Source: Azolla caroliniana
Lineage: Eukaryota > Plantae > Polypodiophyta
Assembly (NCBI GenBank): GCA_043228905.1
Contig: JBHGNT010000010.1
Span: forward strand, 7,440,001 to 7,504,000
Length of the DNA stretch: 64,000 bases
Reading direction: 5' to 3'
Part shown: piece by piece, positions 45,801 to 58,565 of the stretch
How positions within the stretch are numbered: the first letter of the stretch is position 1
Layout of the letters: each line of letters opens with the position of its first letter
The notes under the pieces: model-generated
What the model was told of the DNA's origin: nothing
Seen by the model: only the letters and a program-made list of their open reading frames with translations
Databases searched by the model: none
Program-made: the position numbers and the translations under genes

Positions 45801-46730
45801 TGAAGGATTCGGGGGACCTTCATTACTTCCTCAGAATCAAAGTGATCTGCATCCCATAAGGCATATTGATCAGCCAAAGGCATTATGTCTGAGTATGCTC
45901 TTCAAGTTTGGCAAGACGGATTGTAAATCCTTTGCAACTCCTCTTGATAGAAACATGAAGCTACACCCCGACTTGGGAGCGGCCTGCGATGCGAAATGGT
46001 CACCATCACCCAACCCCATCTTAGCTATTTGGTCGGCATGATAAGTCAGTTTATGTAGAGGCCGACACTCAAGCATCTTCAATGGGTGCATCGACTACTA
46101 CGATATGTGAGGGGCATGAAGGATCGGGGACTGCTGTATCGGCACGGCATCACCGAACAATTGGTGGGTTATACTGATGTCGAATGGGCCGGAAACGTCA
46201 CAGATTGTCAGTCAACATCAGGGTTCATGTTCTCCCTCGGGAGTGTGAAGATAGCGCAGAGCAGTAAGAAATAGCCGATAGTGGCCCTCTCAAGCACCGA
46301 GGCTGAGTATTGTGGAGCCACTGTCGCTACGTGCGAGGCAGCAACTATATGACTCAAGCGACTGTTGCAGGATCTACAAGTCGAAGTTGTTGATCCAATT
46401 GTGATCTACTATGACAACATCAGTAACATGTAGCTAGCTAAGAACCCTATATTTCATGCTCGCACTAAGCACATAGAAGTGCATTACCACTTTGTGCGTG
46501 AGCGGATCCTGAGTGGTGAACTCGAACTCTGGTATGTTTGAACTGATCGGCAGGTTGCCGACATCTTCACCAAGGCGTTCGGATTGGACAAGTTGCAACA
46601 CTTTTCAAATATGTTTGGGTTACAACACCTTGACGTGTTGCACTTCAAGGGGAGAAATGGCATAACTGGGACAACTGAAACAGGTGGGACAATTGGAGAG
46701 AAGAACAAGGTAATGAGCCGGAGAAAGAAC

Positions 46731-49700
46731 TTACGGGAACCGCAAACGCTCCTTATGCACAACGCTCGGCCACAACTGAGCTTAGAATCATACACAGAAA
46801 AACGGGAAATAAAACACGACACGAAGAAGAAACGAGTGCACATGATGTTTACATGGAAAACCTAAAGAGGGAAAAACCACGGCAGCCCACAGGCTGCAAA
46901 CTATCACTATGCTAGAATGTACACCAGTGAGTTCACGGAGGCAACGACCTCATGCTCACGATCCTCGCCACAGGCGGCAGTTACAACAGAGGCAACGACC
47001 TCTTTCTCTCTCTCTCTCTCTCTGTACACTGTTACGCACTCTCTCTTTTCTTGCACCAACAAGAATATGACAACAACCAACTAAAAGTTTGCCCCAAGTC
47101 ATATTTATACTAATATGACTTTTCGGCTATTTACAAATATAGCCACGATGGACTCTCAGAAACATATTTACAAATATGTCTCTTCATCCGGTCATCCGGA
47201 GAGCACTCCTCACCGGGCTTGCATCATCCGGATCTTGTCGGGTACTCCTCATCCGGTTCTTCACTGGGTCTGTACCATCCGGCTCTCCGTAGCCGGGTAC
47301 TCCTCATCCGGTTCTTCACCGGGTCTGTACCATCTGGCTCTCCGTAGCCGGGTACTCCTCATCCAGTTCTCACCGGGTCTGCACCATCCGGCTCTCCGTA
47401 GCCGGGTACTCCTCATCTGGTTCTTCACCGGGTCTGTACCATCCGGCTCTCCGTAGCCGGGTACCCGAGTTTGTTCATCGGCATTGTTCTTCTCCCTTCC
47501 CATCCGGAGGGACCTGTCTCCCAACAAACTCCCCCTTCACTCCGGCATGGGGTGTCTTACCGGTCCGATCCTCTTCCGGCATGCATCCAGCTTGTCGGGT
47601 ATCAGCACTTTGGTCAGCATATTTTACCCGTTCTCGGCCGTGTGGATCTTCGTCAGTGCGAACTCCTGTTCATCTACTCTTTCCCGGATCTAGTGATACC
47701 TTCGCTGGATATGCTTCGTCCGGGAATGGTAGGCCGCATTCTTAGCAAGATGGATGGCACTTTGACTATCGCAATAGAGTCGGTATTCATCTTGCCGGAT
47801 ACCGAGCTCTCCGATGACGTCCTTCATCCATAATATTTCCTTGCTGGCTTCCACGACTGCCATGTACTCCGCCTCCGTGGTTGACAATGCGACCGTCTTC
47901 TGCAGCCTCGACTGGCACGAAACAGCTCCCCTGCATATGTCATTACATACCCGGATGTAGACCGGCTGGTATTCACATCAGCCGACATGTCCGAATCGGT
48001 GAAACCGTCAAGTTGAGGTTTTCTGGAGCCGAATCGGAGACACATATTTGAAGTGCCCTTCAAATACCGGAGTATCCATTTGACCGCGTTCCAGTGCTCC
48101 TTGCCGGGATTGCTCATGAACCGGCTCACCACTCTGACTGCGTATCCTACATCCGGTCGGGTACACACCATTGCGTACATCAAGCTCCCGACGACAGAGG
48201 CATATGGAATCTTCATCATATCCGCCTTCTCTGCTTTCGTCTTCGGGCTTTGCTTACCGGATAGCCTGCAATTTGCCGGAAGTGTCGATCCGACCGGTTT
48301 CGCATCTAACATGTTGAACCGGTGAAGCACCTTTGTCACGTACTTCTGTGACAGCCACAATTGCTTCATTGGCCGGTTCCGGATGATATGCATCCCCAAC
48401 ATCTGTCTTGCCGGACCCAAGTCTTTCATTGAGAAGGTCCGGTTGAGAGCCTTCTTCAACATCCGTATTTCGACTTGGTCCCGTCCGACGATCAACATGT
48501 CATCCACGTACAGAAGGAGTATCAGGAAGTCGCCTCCTTCGAACTTCTTCACAAACACGCAGTGATCGGCCTGCGTCTTGTGGTACCCTTGATCGGTCAT
48601 GAAGGAGTCGAACTTCCAGTACCATTGTCGAGGAGCCTGCTTCAGTCCGTAGAGACTCTTCTTCAACCAGCATACCAGGTGCTCCTTCCCTTTCTCCACG
48701 AATCCTTCCGGTTGCTGCATGTAGATCTCCTCTTCGAGGTCACCGTGAAGGAATGTCGTCTTCACGTCTAGCTGCTCTACCTCGAGGTCCATGCTTGCCG
48801 CTATACTCAGCACCGTCCGGATGGAGGTCATCTTTACTACCGGGGCAAATATCTCGTCAAAGTCCACGCCCTTCTTCTGCTAGAACCCCTTCACCACGAT
48901 CCTGGCTTTGTATCTCGGGGGGTTGCCTGCATCTCCCGGTTTCAACTTGTACACCCACTTGTTTCGGAGTGCCCGCTTTCCTTTCGACAACTCCACCAAT
49001 TCATACGTATGGTTCTCATGAAGGGAATCCATCTCATCCTGCATGGCACTTAACCATTTGCGGCTGTGGGTGTCATCCTTCGCTTCTTCGAAGCTTTCTG
49101 GCTCCCCCTCATCGGTTAGCAACACATGCTCTACATCCGGAAATCTCCGTGGGTCCTTCTCTCTCTTAGAGGATATCTCTGTCTCTGGGCTTCGGTAACC
49201 GGCTCCTCTATTTGCTCTTCATCCGAATCCGATTCGGGGTCTTGGCCAGTTCCGGTTTAAACTTCCTCTACTTCTTCTTCTGCCGGTTCGATATCCTCAC
49301 TGTAACCGGCTGGCTCCTCGAGTGCTAACCGGTCTCTTGCCGGTTGGGTCTGTTCATTGTAGAGTCTATCCTTACCGGTCGACTCAGAGTTCATTATCTT
49401 CTTCTCCAACTGCCAGTCGGTGAGCGTCTTGTCCTCCATGAAGATAATATCTCGACTCCGGAATACCTTCTTGTCGACCGGGTCCCACACTCGGCAACCG
49501 AACTCATCGTCGCCGTAGCCGAGGAATATGCATGGCCGGGTCTTTGGATTTAACTTTCCTCTCTGGTCCTTAGCTACATGCACGTATGCGAGACACCCGA
49601 ACACATTCAGATGCCGGTAGGACACTTCCTTACCGGTTCAAACTCTCTGTGGCGTGTCTCCGTCCAAGGGTACTGAGGGTGATCTGTTTATCACGTATGT

Positions 49701-52453
49701 CGCCGTCGACAATGCCTCAACCCAAAACTTCTTGGGTAGTTTTTCATGCGCTAGCATACTCCTGACCCTCTCCATTACGGTCCGGTTCATCCTCTCGTCC
49801 AGCCCGTTTAGTTCCGGCGTCTTCGGCACGGTAAATTCGAGCCAAATTCCCTTCGAGTGACAGTACTCCTCGAACTGCCCCCAATATTCTCCTCCGTTAT
49901 CTGCTCGAACCGCCTTCAGCTTCCGGCCGGTTTCTCTTTCCACTCTCGCGTGGAGATCTTTGAAGACGGATAACACCTGATCCTTCGTCTTCAACGGTGT
50001 GGCCCACAGCTTCCGGCTGTAGTCATCTATGAATGTCATGAAGTACTGCGCTCCGGCATGTGACTTCGTGTCTACTTGACACACATCAGTATGCACCAAC
50101 TCCAATGGTGCATTGCGTCTCATCGGTGGCCTTGGTCGGAAGGAGGTCCGGTTTTGCTTACCGGCCAAACAATCAATGCACTTCTCCAAGTGCACGTTCT
50201 TCACTGGAATGAGGTTGTCTTCTGCAAGCCTCTTCATCCCCTTCTCGTTCATGTGACAGAGCCTCTTGTGCCACAACTCACCGATAGTGTCGGATGCCAC
50301 GTTCACTTCCTCCGAACATAACCGAGCATTAATCAGGTATAGAGTGTTTACCTTCCGGGCCCGAGCCACAATCAGGCTACCTTTGCTGAACTTCATGACA
50401 CCGTTCCGGATGCTACCCGTGTAACCCTCATCATCTAGCCGACCGGCTGATATCAGGTTCAGTCGAACCTCCGGAACGTGTCGGACATCCTTCAGCAGCA
50501 ACTTGCATCCGGTTGGTGTCGACAGCCACACGTCTCCTATGCCGACAATTCAGCATGTACCTTCATTCCCCATCCGGACACAGCCGTGATCACCGGCTGA
50601 GTAGGATGAGAAGCATTTCCGGTCCTGGGTAAGGTGGAATGACGCTCCGGAGTCTACCACCCAGGTCATCTCGTCACCGGCATGGTTTATCTCACTCTCC
50701 TCGGTGATGAGCATCAACTCTTCTTCACTTGCCACGATTGCCGTCGTTCCCTTTCGGTCCGGCCCCCTTCAGTCTTTACCGTTCCGGTCCGGGGTCCGCT
50801 TCGAATCGGTACCGTCGATCTCCTTATCTTTTCAGAAATGCCGACAGTTCTTTTGGAAGTGTCCTGGCTTGCCACAATAGAAGCAAGTGGGTCTTCCCCT
50901 TGACTTTGACCGTGTCCCCAACTTCTCCCGGTTCTGGGGACTACGGTTTCTATGTCTTCCGCGTTCCGATTCGGTAAGGAGCGCTTTGGAGTCGGAGCTC
51001 GTATCTTTGTCTTTCCGACACGCCTCCTCATCTAGCAAGCTCGACTTTACTCTTGCTAGGGATAACCGCTTTCCTTCCGGCCCGGCGTTGCCCAAAGTGA
51101 CAACCAACGTCTCCCAGCTATCCGGGAGGGAACCGAGTAGGAGTAGCGCAAGTACCGCATCGGCGAGAGGTACTTCCAATGAAGTTTCCTAGTGGATCAG
51201 CCCCTGGAAGGCATTCATGTGCTCCGTCATGCTGGAGCCATCTTGGTACTGGGGTCTTACTAGCTTCCGGAATACCAAAACCTAGTTAACAGCATTTTTG
51301 TTTTGAAACATTATGCCGATCTTCACCCAGAGCTCATGAGCCTTGCTCTCTTCATTGAAGTTGTTGTATAGGCTCATGTCGATGAAGCACCGTATGTACG
51401 CCGTTGTCTTCATGTGCATCACCTCCCATATCGCGGCGTCGATTTTGTCCGGTCTCTTGTCCCCAAACTGAACCGACAGCCAGAGGTCTTTAACCACGAG
51501 CATGTCCCTCATCTTCGACTTCCACACTGAATAGTTGGAGCCGGTGAGCTTGAACATGCCGCCAAACGATTCGTCCATTTTCTGTGTCATTTCACTCTGA
51601 TACCACTTGACAGGAACCACAAACGCTCCTTATGCACAACGCTCGGCCACAGCCGAGCTTAGAATCATACACAGAAAAACGGGAAATAAAACACGACACG
51701 AAGAAGAAACGAGTGCACATGATGTTTACGTGGAAAACCCAAAGAGGGAAAAACCACGGCAGCCCATAGGCTACAAACTATCACTATGCTAGAATGTACA
51801 ACAGTGAGTTCACGGAGGCAACGACCTCGTGCTCACGATCCTCGCCACAGGCGGCAGTTACAACAGAGGCAACGACCTCTTTCTCTCTCTCTCTCTGTAC
51901 ACTATTACGCACTCTCTCTTTTCTTGCACCAACAAGAATATGACAACAACCAACTAAAAGTTTGCCCTAAGTCATATTTATACTAATATGACTTTTCGGC
52001 TATTTACAAATATAGCCACGATGAACTCTCAGAAACATATTTACAAATATGTCTCTTCATCCGGTCATTCGGAGAGCACTCCTCACCGGGCCTGCATCAT
52101 CTAGATCTTGCCAGGTACTCCTCATCCGGTTCTTCACTAGGTCTGTACCATCTGGTTCTCCGTAGCCGGGTACTCCTCATCCGGTTCTTCATCGGGTCTG
52201 TACCATCCGGCTCTCCGTAGTCGGGTACTCCTCATCCAATTCTCACCGGGTCTGCACCATCCGGCTCTCCGTAGTCGGGTACTCCTCATCCGGTTCTCAC
52301 CGGGTCTGCACTATCCGGCTCTCCGTAGCCGGGTACTCCTCATCCGGTTCTTCACCGGGTCTGTACCATCCAGCTCTCCGTAGCCGGGTACCCGAGTTTG
52401 TTCATCGGCACTGTTCTTCTCCGTTCCCATCTGGAGGGACCTGTCTCCCAACA
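46731..52453 (-). mobile_element. Full-length degenerate Tork-like Ty1/copia (element J)
   Basis: LTRs 51608-52453 and 46731-47526 with ~54-bp internal tandem repeats; TSD AGAAC; PBS ~51595-51605; gag MDESFGGMFKL..; pol with stops. Confidence 0.94.
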
Positions 52454-52861
52454 AGAACCAACTGAAGGCAAGAGGAGATCCAAAGAAGAAGCTAAATTGA
52501 TTAAGGAAATCGAAACATCCGATAGAGCCGGAGCAAGTGGAAGAGGCGGCAGAGTCAAGAAGGACAGAGCCGACCAGAAGAAGAAGGCCAGGACCAGGAC
52601 ATGGACAGATGTGGTCAAAATCCAGAAGAAAGGTGAATCTAAGACGACTGATTCAATCCAAGATTTTGATTCTAGAGAGCCGATCATATGAAGGCTAAGC
52701 GGACGAGAGGGCAACCGAAACACCAAAACGAAGGAGCAGACGGGTCGAGAGGCGCCAATGTCGTGACAGCGAGGGAGCTGAAAAAGGCCTGATGAGCAAA
52801 CAAGAAGACCATAGGGCAGTCAGACTGAAATGGTCGTGGGACGCAGGATTCGACTAGAAGT

Positions 52862-55800
52862 TGTCGTGAAGATTTCCGGCTATAGTGTGAAACCGGGGTG
52901 GAATGAGCAAGTCGGTGGTGTGCAACATGTGCACATGTATACTAGGATATGGTGTATAGAAAGAGAGGGGAAAATTTTGTCCCACATTGTAAGGTCCCTC
53001 CCTCCTTGGGCTATAAAAGGAAGGGAGGGGTCACTTATGATGGGTTGCCTATTTTGAGGGAGAGAGGCATACCACTTAGGTCGAGGGTTTCCTATTCGGT
53101 TTTAGGGTTTCGGTTAGGGTTTTCTTCTAGGGTTTTCTTTTAGGGTTTTCTTATAGTCGTTTGGTGCGGCCATGGCGGCGACCATTGTTGTAACCGTTCG
53201 TTGTTTTAATATAACTTGTTGAACATCTTGCCTCCGCGGATCTCTCCTTCTATGCCGTGGTCTTATTCTTTCCTCTTCTCCTCTTGAGCTAAGCCTCCAT
53301 ATCATGTCCTATTCTTTCTCCTCCACTCCCTAGTCCGAGACCCCGGTGGTCCCGCCCCTTCTACACGTACGCGCGTAACAACGCGACATCTTTGGTGAAC
53401 CCGACGTGAAGGGTGGCAAGGGAGCATGGAGATGGAAGAAGACTTGGACTTCGAGGAGATGATGGCAAAAATCGTGATGGAAGCCGGACGGAAGATGGCG
53501 AAGCGAGATGCGGCTCAACAAGCCGTCGAAAGGGTGGTCGATCAAGTCGGCCGATTCAACGGGGACGATGTCCTGAGGTTCTTGGAAGCGTACGATGCCG
53601 AGATGGCGAAAGGGGGCGGTGACGAGGAGATGCGGCTAGAGTATTTTCCTCGAGTGGCGGCCGCATCGGTGCACAAGGAGGTCAAGGAGCTACGAGAAGC
53701 TCACGAGTCGTGGGTGTCCTTGGAGGTAGCCCTATTGGAAGCATGTGGATACGCGAAACCGGAGTGGGTATGCCGGCAACCCGATGGGGAGCGGTCGGCA
53801 ACAACGTGGCCCGCGAGCGGCAGAGAAGAGAGAGCGGCGAGTGAGTACGCACTACCGCCGGAAGAGAGCTCAACGCAAAACGGTTCGGAGGAGCTCGACA
53901 TAGAAGCGCTAATACGAGAGGCATACGAGCTTGTGAAGGCGAAAATCGGAGCCGAAAAAGGGCTTGTTATGGAGACGGGCCAGAGGCGATCGGAGGATGC
54001 GGAGGAAGAAGCCTCCCTAGACGTAGAAGACGGGGCCTATACGGAGGCCGGGAGAGCTTACGATGGCGAGATAGGAGAGGGTGCGGACCAAGCGACCCTC
54101 TTGCCTTGCGGTGAATGGACGGCCATGGAGGCCGGTAACTACGGATTCGGGACATGGCAGGCCGAAACATTGAGTGAGGAGCGGACAAGCAGCGGTGCCG
54201 CGACCTTACACACACCGGTCCTAGAGACTCTGGCATCTGGCCCGAGAGCCGGTGTGAGACCTAGAGTGACGGACGATGGCGGCGGCAAGGCGGGCAACCG
54301 AGACGACGGCATGGGAGAGATGGTGGCAAGCGTAATCGAGGTTTGCGGAATCGGAGATGGGGTAGCCGCGGACAACAACGACCGGACGGAAGCGGCTACT
54401 GACACAACGAGTGGCGGTGCCGGGTCCTTACCCACACTGGTCCTAGAGGCTCCGGCGTGAGACCTAGAGCGACGGGCGGTGGTGGCGGCAAGGCGGCCTA
54501 CCACGGCGACGAAGAGAACGAGGAAGAGATAGCCACGGACCACGGCGTCCGAACGAAGGTGGCTACGAACATGGCATCGGCGAGTAACAGTATCGGGACT
54601 TTTCCCACACCTATTCTAGAGACATCGGCAGTCGACCCCGAGAGCCCACGTGAGACCGGAGAGACGGAAGGTGGCGGCAGCAAAGCGGACGATCGAAACG
54701 ACGACGAGGAAGGTCATAGCGGACGGAGGCAAGACCTCTCGACACCGAGACCGGAGACTACGGCGGTTGCGCTCGAATGCCAACATAAGACCGGAGAGAA
54801 GGGCGGTGGCCGTGAGGAGGTGTGGCCCGGAGCGAACACGTACGAAGATGAGGACGCGAGGCCCGGAACGGGCATATACGAGAGGACCGACGGAGAGGTC
54901 GGGAGCGGCAAAGAGGAGAGAGTCGGGAACCGACCCGACCGGAAGATGGACCGGTCGATAATCCGACATGACCGGAAGACGACGCGGAAGAACATTGGAG
55001 CGGGGTCTGGTCAACCGGGCCCGAACCGAAGAAGAGTTGGCAAGGTCGGATTTGTTCGGACAAACATCTACCGGCCGGTTACGATTACGGAAGGGAGCCG
55101 ACCTAACCGGAACTCAATCGGCCGAGACTGATCCGGGCGACGGCTAAGTTGGCACGGTTGGAGGTCGAGGCGAACGGGCCACAACACCCGGTGGGAGCTG
55201 GTGAGCGCGAGAAGGAAGCTAACCGGGCACGGTGATTACGGCTTGGCAGAAGACCGAGAGCGAGAGGAGCCCTCCACATCTATCCTTGAGACTTCGGCGG
55301 TTGCGGATCAACATAAGACCGGAGACATGACGGGTGGCGGCGAGGAGTCGGAGACCGGAACTGACGAGGCCACTAGAACGGGTACCCGGTGCGTGAAGAC
55401 GGATGAGCACGGCCAAGACGGCAAGCCGGAGTCGAAAGGGGCTACGGCAAGAAAGGACGAAGAGACCGACGCGGAGGTCGGGTCTACGACGGATGAGGCG
55501 CATAATACGAAGTATGCACTACGGCGTAAAACGGAGCATGCACTACGGCCAGCGAAGGGCCAAGAAGTAAGCATGCACCCGGAAGAGAGGCAACGAGTGA
55601 CCGACAACGGTGGACCGGTCGAGCCTTTGAGAGACAAGCCCGCGGCGAGAGACGAAGCCATAAGGTGCCGAGATCGGCGGATGGGTGGCGAGAGCGAAGG
55701 ATGGTGCGCAGAGAACAACGGGGTACACACCGGGAAGAGAAAACGCAGCGGCTTCCCGGAGGACATACAAGGCCAAGCAGGCCAAGAGGGCGCAAGTCGA

Positions 55801-57425
55801 GGCGAGGCGGTAACGAGAGCCTCGATGACGGTACGCTCTACGGCGAGAGAGCACGACGGGCAAAGGAGAGGCAAGGAACGCGGAATGGGGTCGCCTAAGG
55901 GCCAAAGAATGAGTGCATATTCGGGGGACAACATCGGCGCACGAGAAGAGCCCATGGAAGGCAAGCGCGGAGCAGGAAGAGTCGACACGCCGAGGTGTTC
56001 GGCATGCGGAGACGATAAAACCAAAGGAGGAACATACACGGCACGAAAAGGGCGGAATCCGGAGTACGATCGGAGAGTTCAGGAGCGCACCCGGAGGACA
56101 TACGAGCATTTGCAAGGAATGCGCGCGGCGAGAGATGGAGCGGTGAGGTGCCGGTATCGGCGGATGATCGACGAGCATGAAAGGCTATGTCTTGAGAACC
56201 GGAGGAGGTGCGTGAAGAGCACGGCTTCCCGGAAGACATGCGAGGCCAAGCGGGCCAAGAGGACGAGAGTCGGGATGAAGCGGTAACGGTAGTCGCGAAG
56301 GACATTGACATGGTGGTCGGGATGACGGTATGCTCTACGGCGAGAGAGCACGACGAGCAAGGAAGAAGCAAGGAGCGCGTAATGGGGTCACGTAAGGACC
56401 GAAGAACGAGCACGCATTCGATGGACGACAACGACGCACGGAAAATGCCTACGGAAGCCGAGTGCAGAACGAAGGGAGTCGGTACGAGGTGTTCGGGGCG
56501 AGGAGAAGGTCGAGCCGGAGGTGGAACACACGCGATACGCAAGGAGCGGCACCCGACGAGCAATCGAAGTAATCGGGGGTCTAACCGGAGGACATGCGCG
56601 ATGAGCGAAGGAAGGGAGACCGGATCGGCAACGGTGTTCGGGATGGCCGGTCGAAGAAGAAGGTGCATACGCCGGACATGGCAGATCAGATGGAGCCGAT
56701 GGTTCAGGGAAACGCGGTGGACGTGGTGCATCGGATGGAGTCGGCGGGTCGGGGCCGGCAAGACGGATCGGCGCCAGCAAGGGACCGGCAAGGCGGTTGG
56801 GTGTCGGTAAGGCGAAAGACCCGGTTGATCACCATCGCCGAAATCTCTCACCCTTTTCCTTTCTGGGCACATACCGGTGGATGTGCGGTTTGGTGGGGGT
56901 GGATGTCGTGAAGATTTCCGGCTATAGTGTGAAACCGGGGTGGAATGGGCAAGTCGGTGGTGTGCAACATGTGCACATGTATACTAGGATATGGTGTATA
57001 GAAAGAGGGGAAAATTTTGTCCCACATTGTAAGATCCCTCCCTCCTTGGGCTATAAAAGGAAGGGAGGGGTCACTTATGATGGGTTGCCTATTTTGAGGG
57101 AGAGAGGCATACCACTTAGGTCGAGGGTTTCCTATTCGGTTTTAGGGTTTCGGTTAGGGTTTTCTTCTAGGGTTTTCTTTTAGGGTTTTCTTATAGTCGT
57201 TTGGTGCGGCCATGGCGGCGACCATTGTTGTAACCGTTCGTTGTTTTAATATAACTTGTTGAACATCTTGCCTCCGCGGATCTCTCCTTCTATGCCGTGG
57301 TCTTATTCTTTCCTCTTCTCCTCTTGAGCTAAGCCTCCATATCATGTCCTATTCTTTCTCCACTCCCTAGTCCGAGACCCCGGTGGTCCCGCCCCTTCTA
57401 CATGTGCGCGCGTAACAACGCGACA
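52862..57425 (+). mobile_element. Non-autonomous gypsy-derived LTR element (element I): gag N-terminus plus a long repetitive ORF, no pol
   Basis: LTRs 52862-53388 and 56904-57425; flanks AAGT/ACGT; Trp PBS 53393-53410; PPT GGTGGGGGTGGA; gag homologous to element H. Confidence 0.9.
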
Positions 57426-57958
57426 ACGTTGAGCAAGCCAAGAGGAATCGATTGTGAGGACCGACTACACCTGATAGACCAGACCGACCTCAAGTTGAGC
57501 TTGAGGGGGGTTGTTGAGCAAGCAAGCTCAACATGGGCCGGGCTGGCTGGACAAGCAGGTAGGCCATACCGAAATCGATCTGGTCGGCTAGGCCTAGTTG
57601 AGCTAATAAGCCTAAGCTTCGAACTGGGTTCCAGACCGGATAATGGATCCAAATAACAGGTCGGATGTCGGATCCGGATGATGGATCCAAACCAGATGAC
57701 GAAGCCGTTGTGGATGTTGATCTAAAACATCACACGTGCCGAGTAGACCTATTTTATTAAATAGGTCCAACGTAGGCAATTATTGTTAGATGCTCTTTTA
57801 AGAGTATTGAAGTACAAGTCAGTACTTCTTAATGGCCCTAACAAATGGGCTTGTATATATAAAGTGCACATAAGCACTACGTAATTTAACTAAGCATTTT
57901 TCTGTAATAAATTCATTGTTGTCTACTCTCACTCAGTCTCTCTCTCTCTCTCTCTCTC

Positions 57959-58565
57959 AAGTTTGATAAAGAATGTCATGAAGCTCGAAAGTGCCTTATG
58001 GTTTTGGATGTAGTTAAGGATAAATAAAATTACCAAAAGCATTTGCATGATTATAAAAGGCTTATTCAAAGAAAGAGACGAATATGGGAAGTTACTCAAC
58101 AACTTCTCCAAACGCAAGAGAAAGCACATGCATGTGCTAAATTTATAGGAGAAACGTGTTGAGAGTTATGGTGACTTGTCTATGCATTGTAAGAATTTAT
58201 ATGAGTTATCTCTTGTCAGAAAGATGATGTGTTATGGTTCTCTTTCACATATGTCTCCCTTCTTTACAATTCAAAAGAAATTGGCCTCTCAAAAGGCAAG
58301 CGATCTTCAATGTATAAAAGTTGAAATGCTCAAATGGACGGGAAAGGAAGCACATATATGGATATGCGATATGTTTAATGATGCATTGCAACATGGTATG
58401 CAATATGATTGGACTACAAATTGGATCAAACATTTACATAAAGGCGGAGATGTAAATAATGTAAACAACTATTGAACCATCATGGTTGGCTCATTAATGG
58501 CAAAACTATTTGGATGTATAATGGAATCAAAGATAAGTGTATGGGCAGAAAAAAATGGTAAGAGA
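57959..58565 (+). mobile_element. 5'-truncated LINE ORF2 fragment related to element G
   Basis: ..FNDALQHG..DWTTNWIKHLHKGGDVNNVNNY*TIMVGSLMAKLFG aligns with G's FNRALAEG..QWTMNTVPPIHKGGDPMDPNTYRTIMIGHTLAKLYG; begins immediately after (CT)n. Confidence 0.85.

Larger units (their letters stand above)
42826..57958 (+). mobile_element. Old degenerate Ty1/copia (element K; different family from the Tork-like copies) hosting J and I; own segments 42826-46730, 52459-52861, 57430-57958
   Basis: LTR 3' remnant to 42913; PBS TGGTATTAGAGC 42914-42925. Integrase RLDGGTEY, ENNVAERKN; RT LLYVDDL; RNase H FHARTKHIEVHYHF. PPT TTGAGGGGGG, then 3' LTR TGTTG at 57512, cut at (CT)n near 57958. Confidence 0.8.

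Noticed and set aside
7000-57000. Numerous antisense and overlapping ORFs in the track (e.g. 37687-38631, 15969-16709, 55895-56872)
   Set aside because: These are shadow ORFs of GC-rich retroelement coding or LTR sequence with no recognisable domains.
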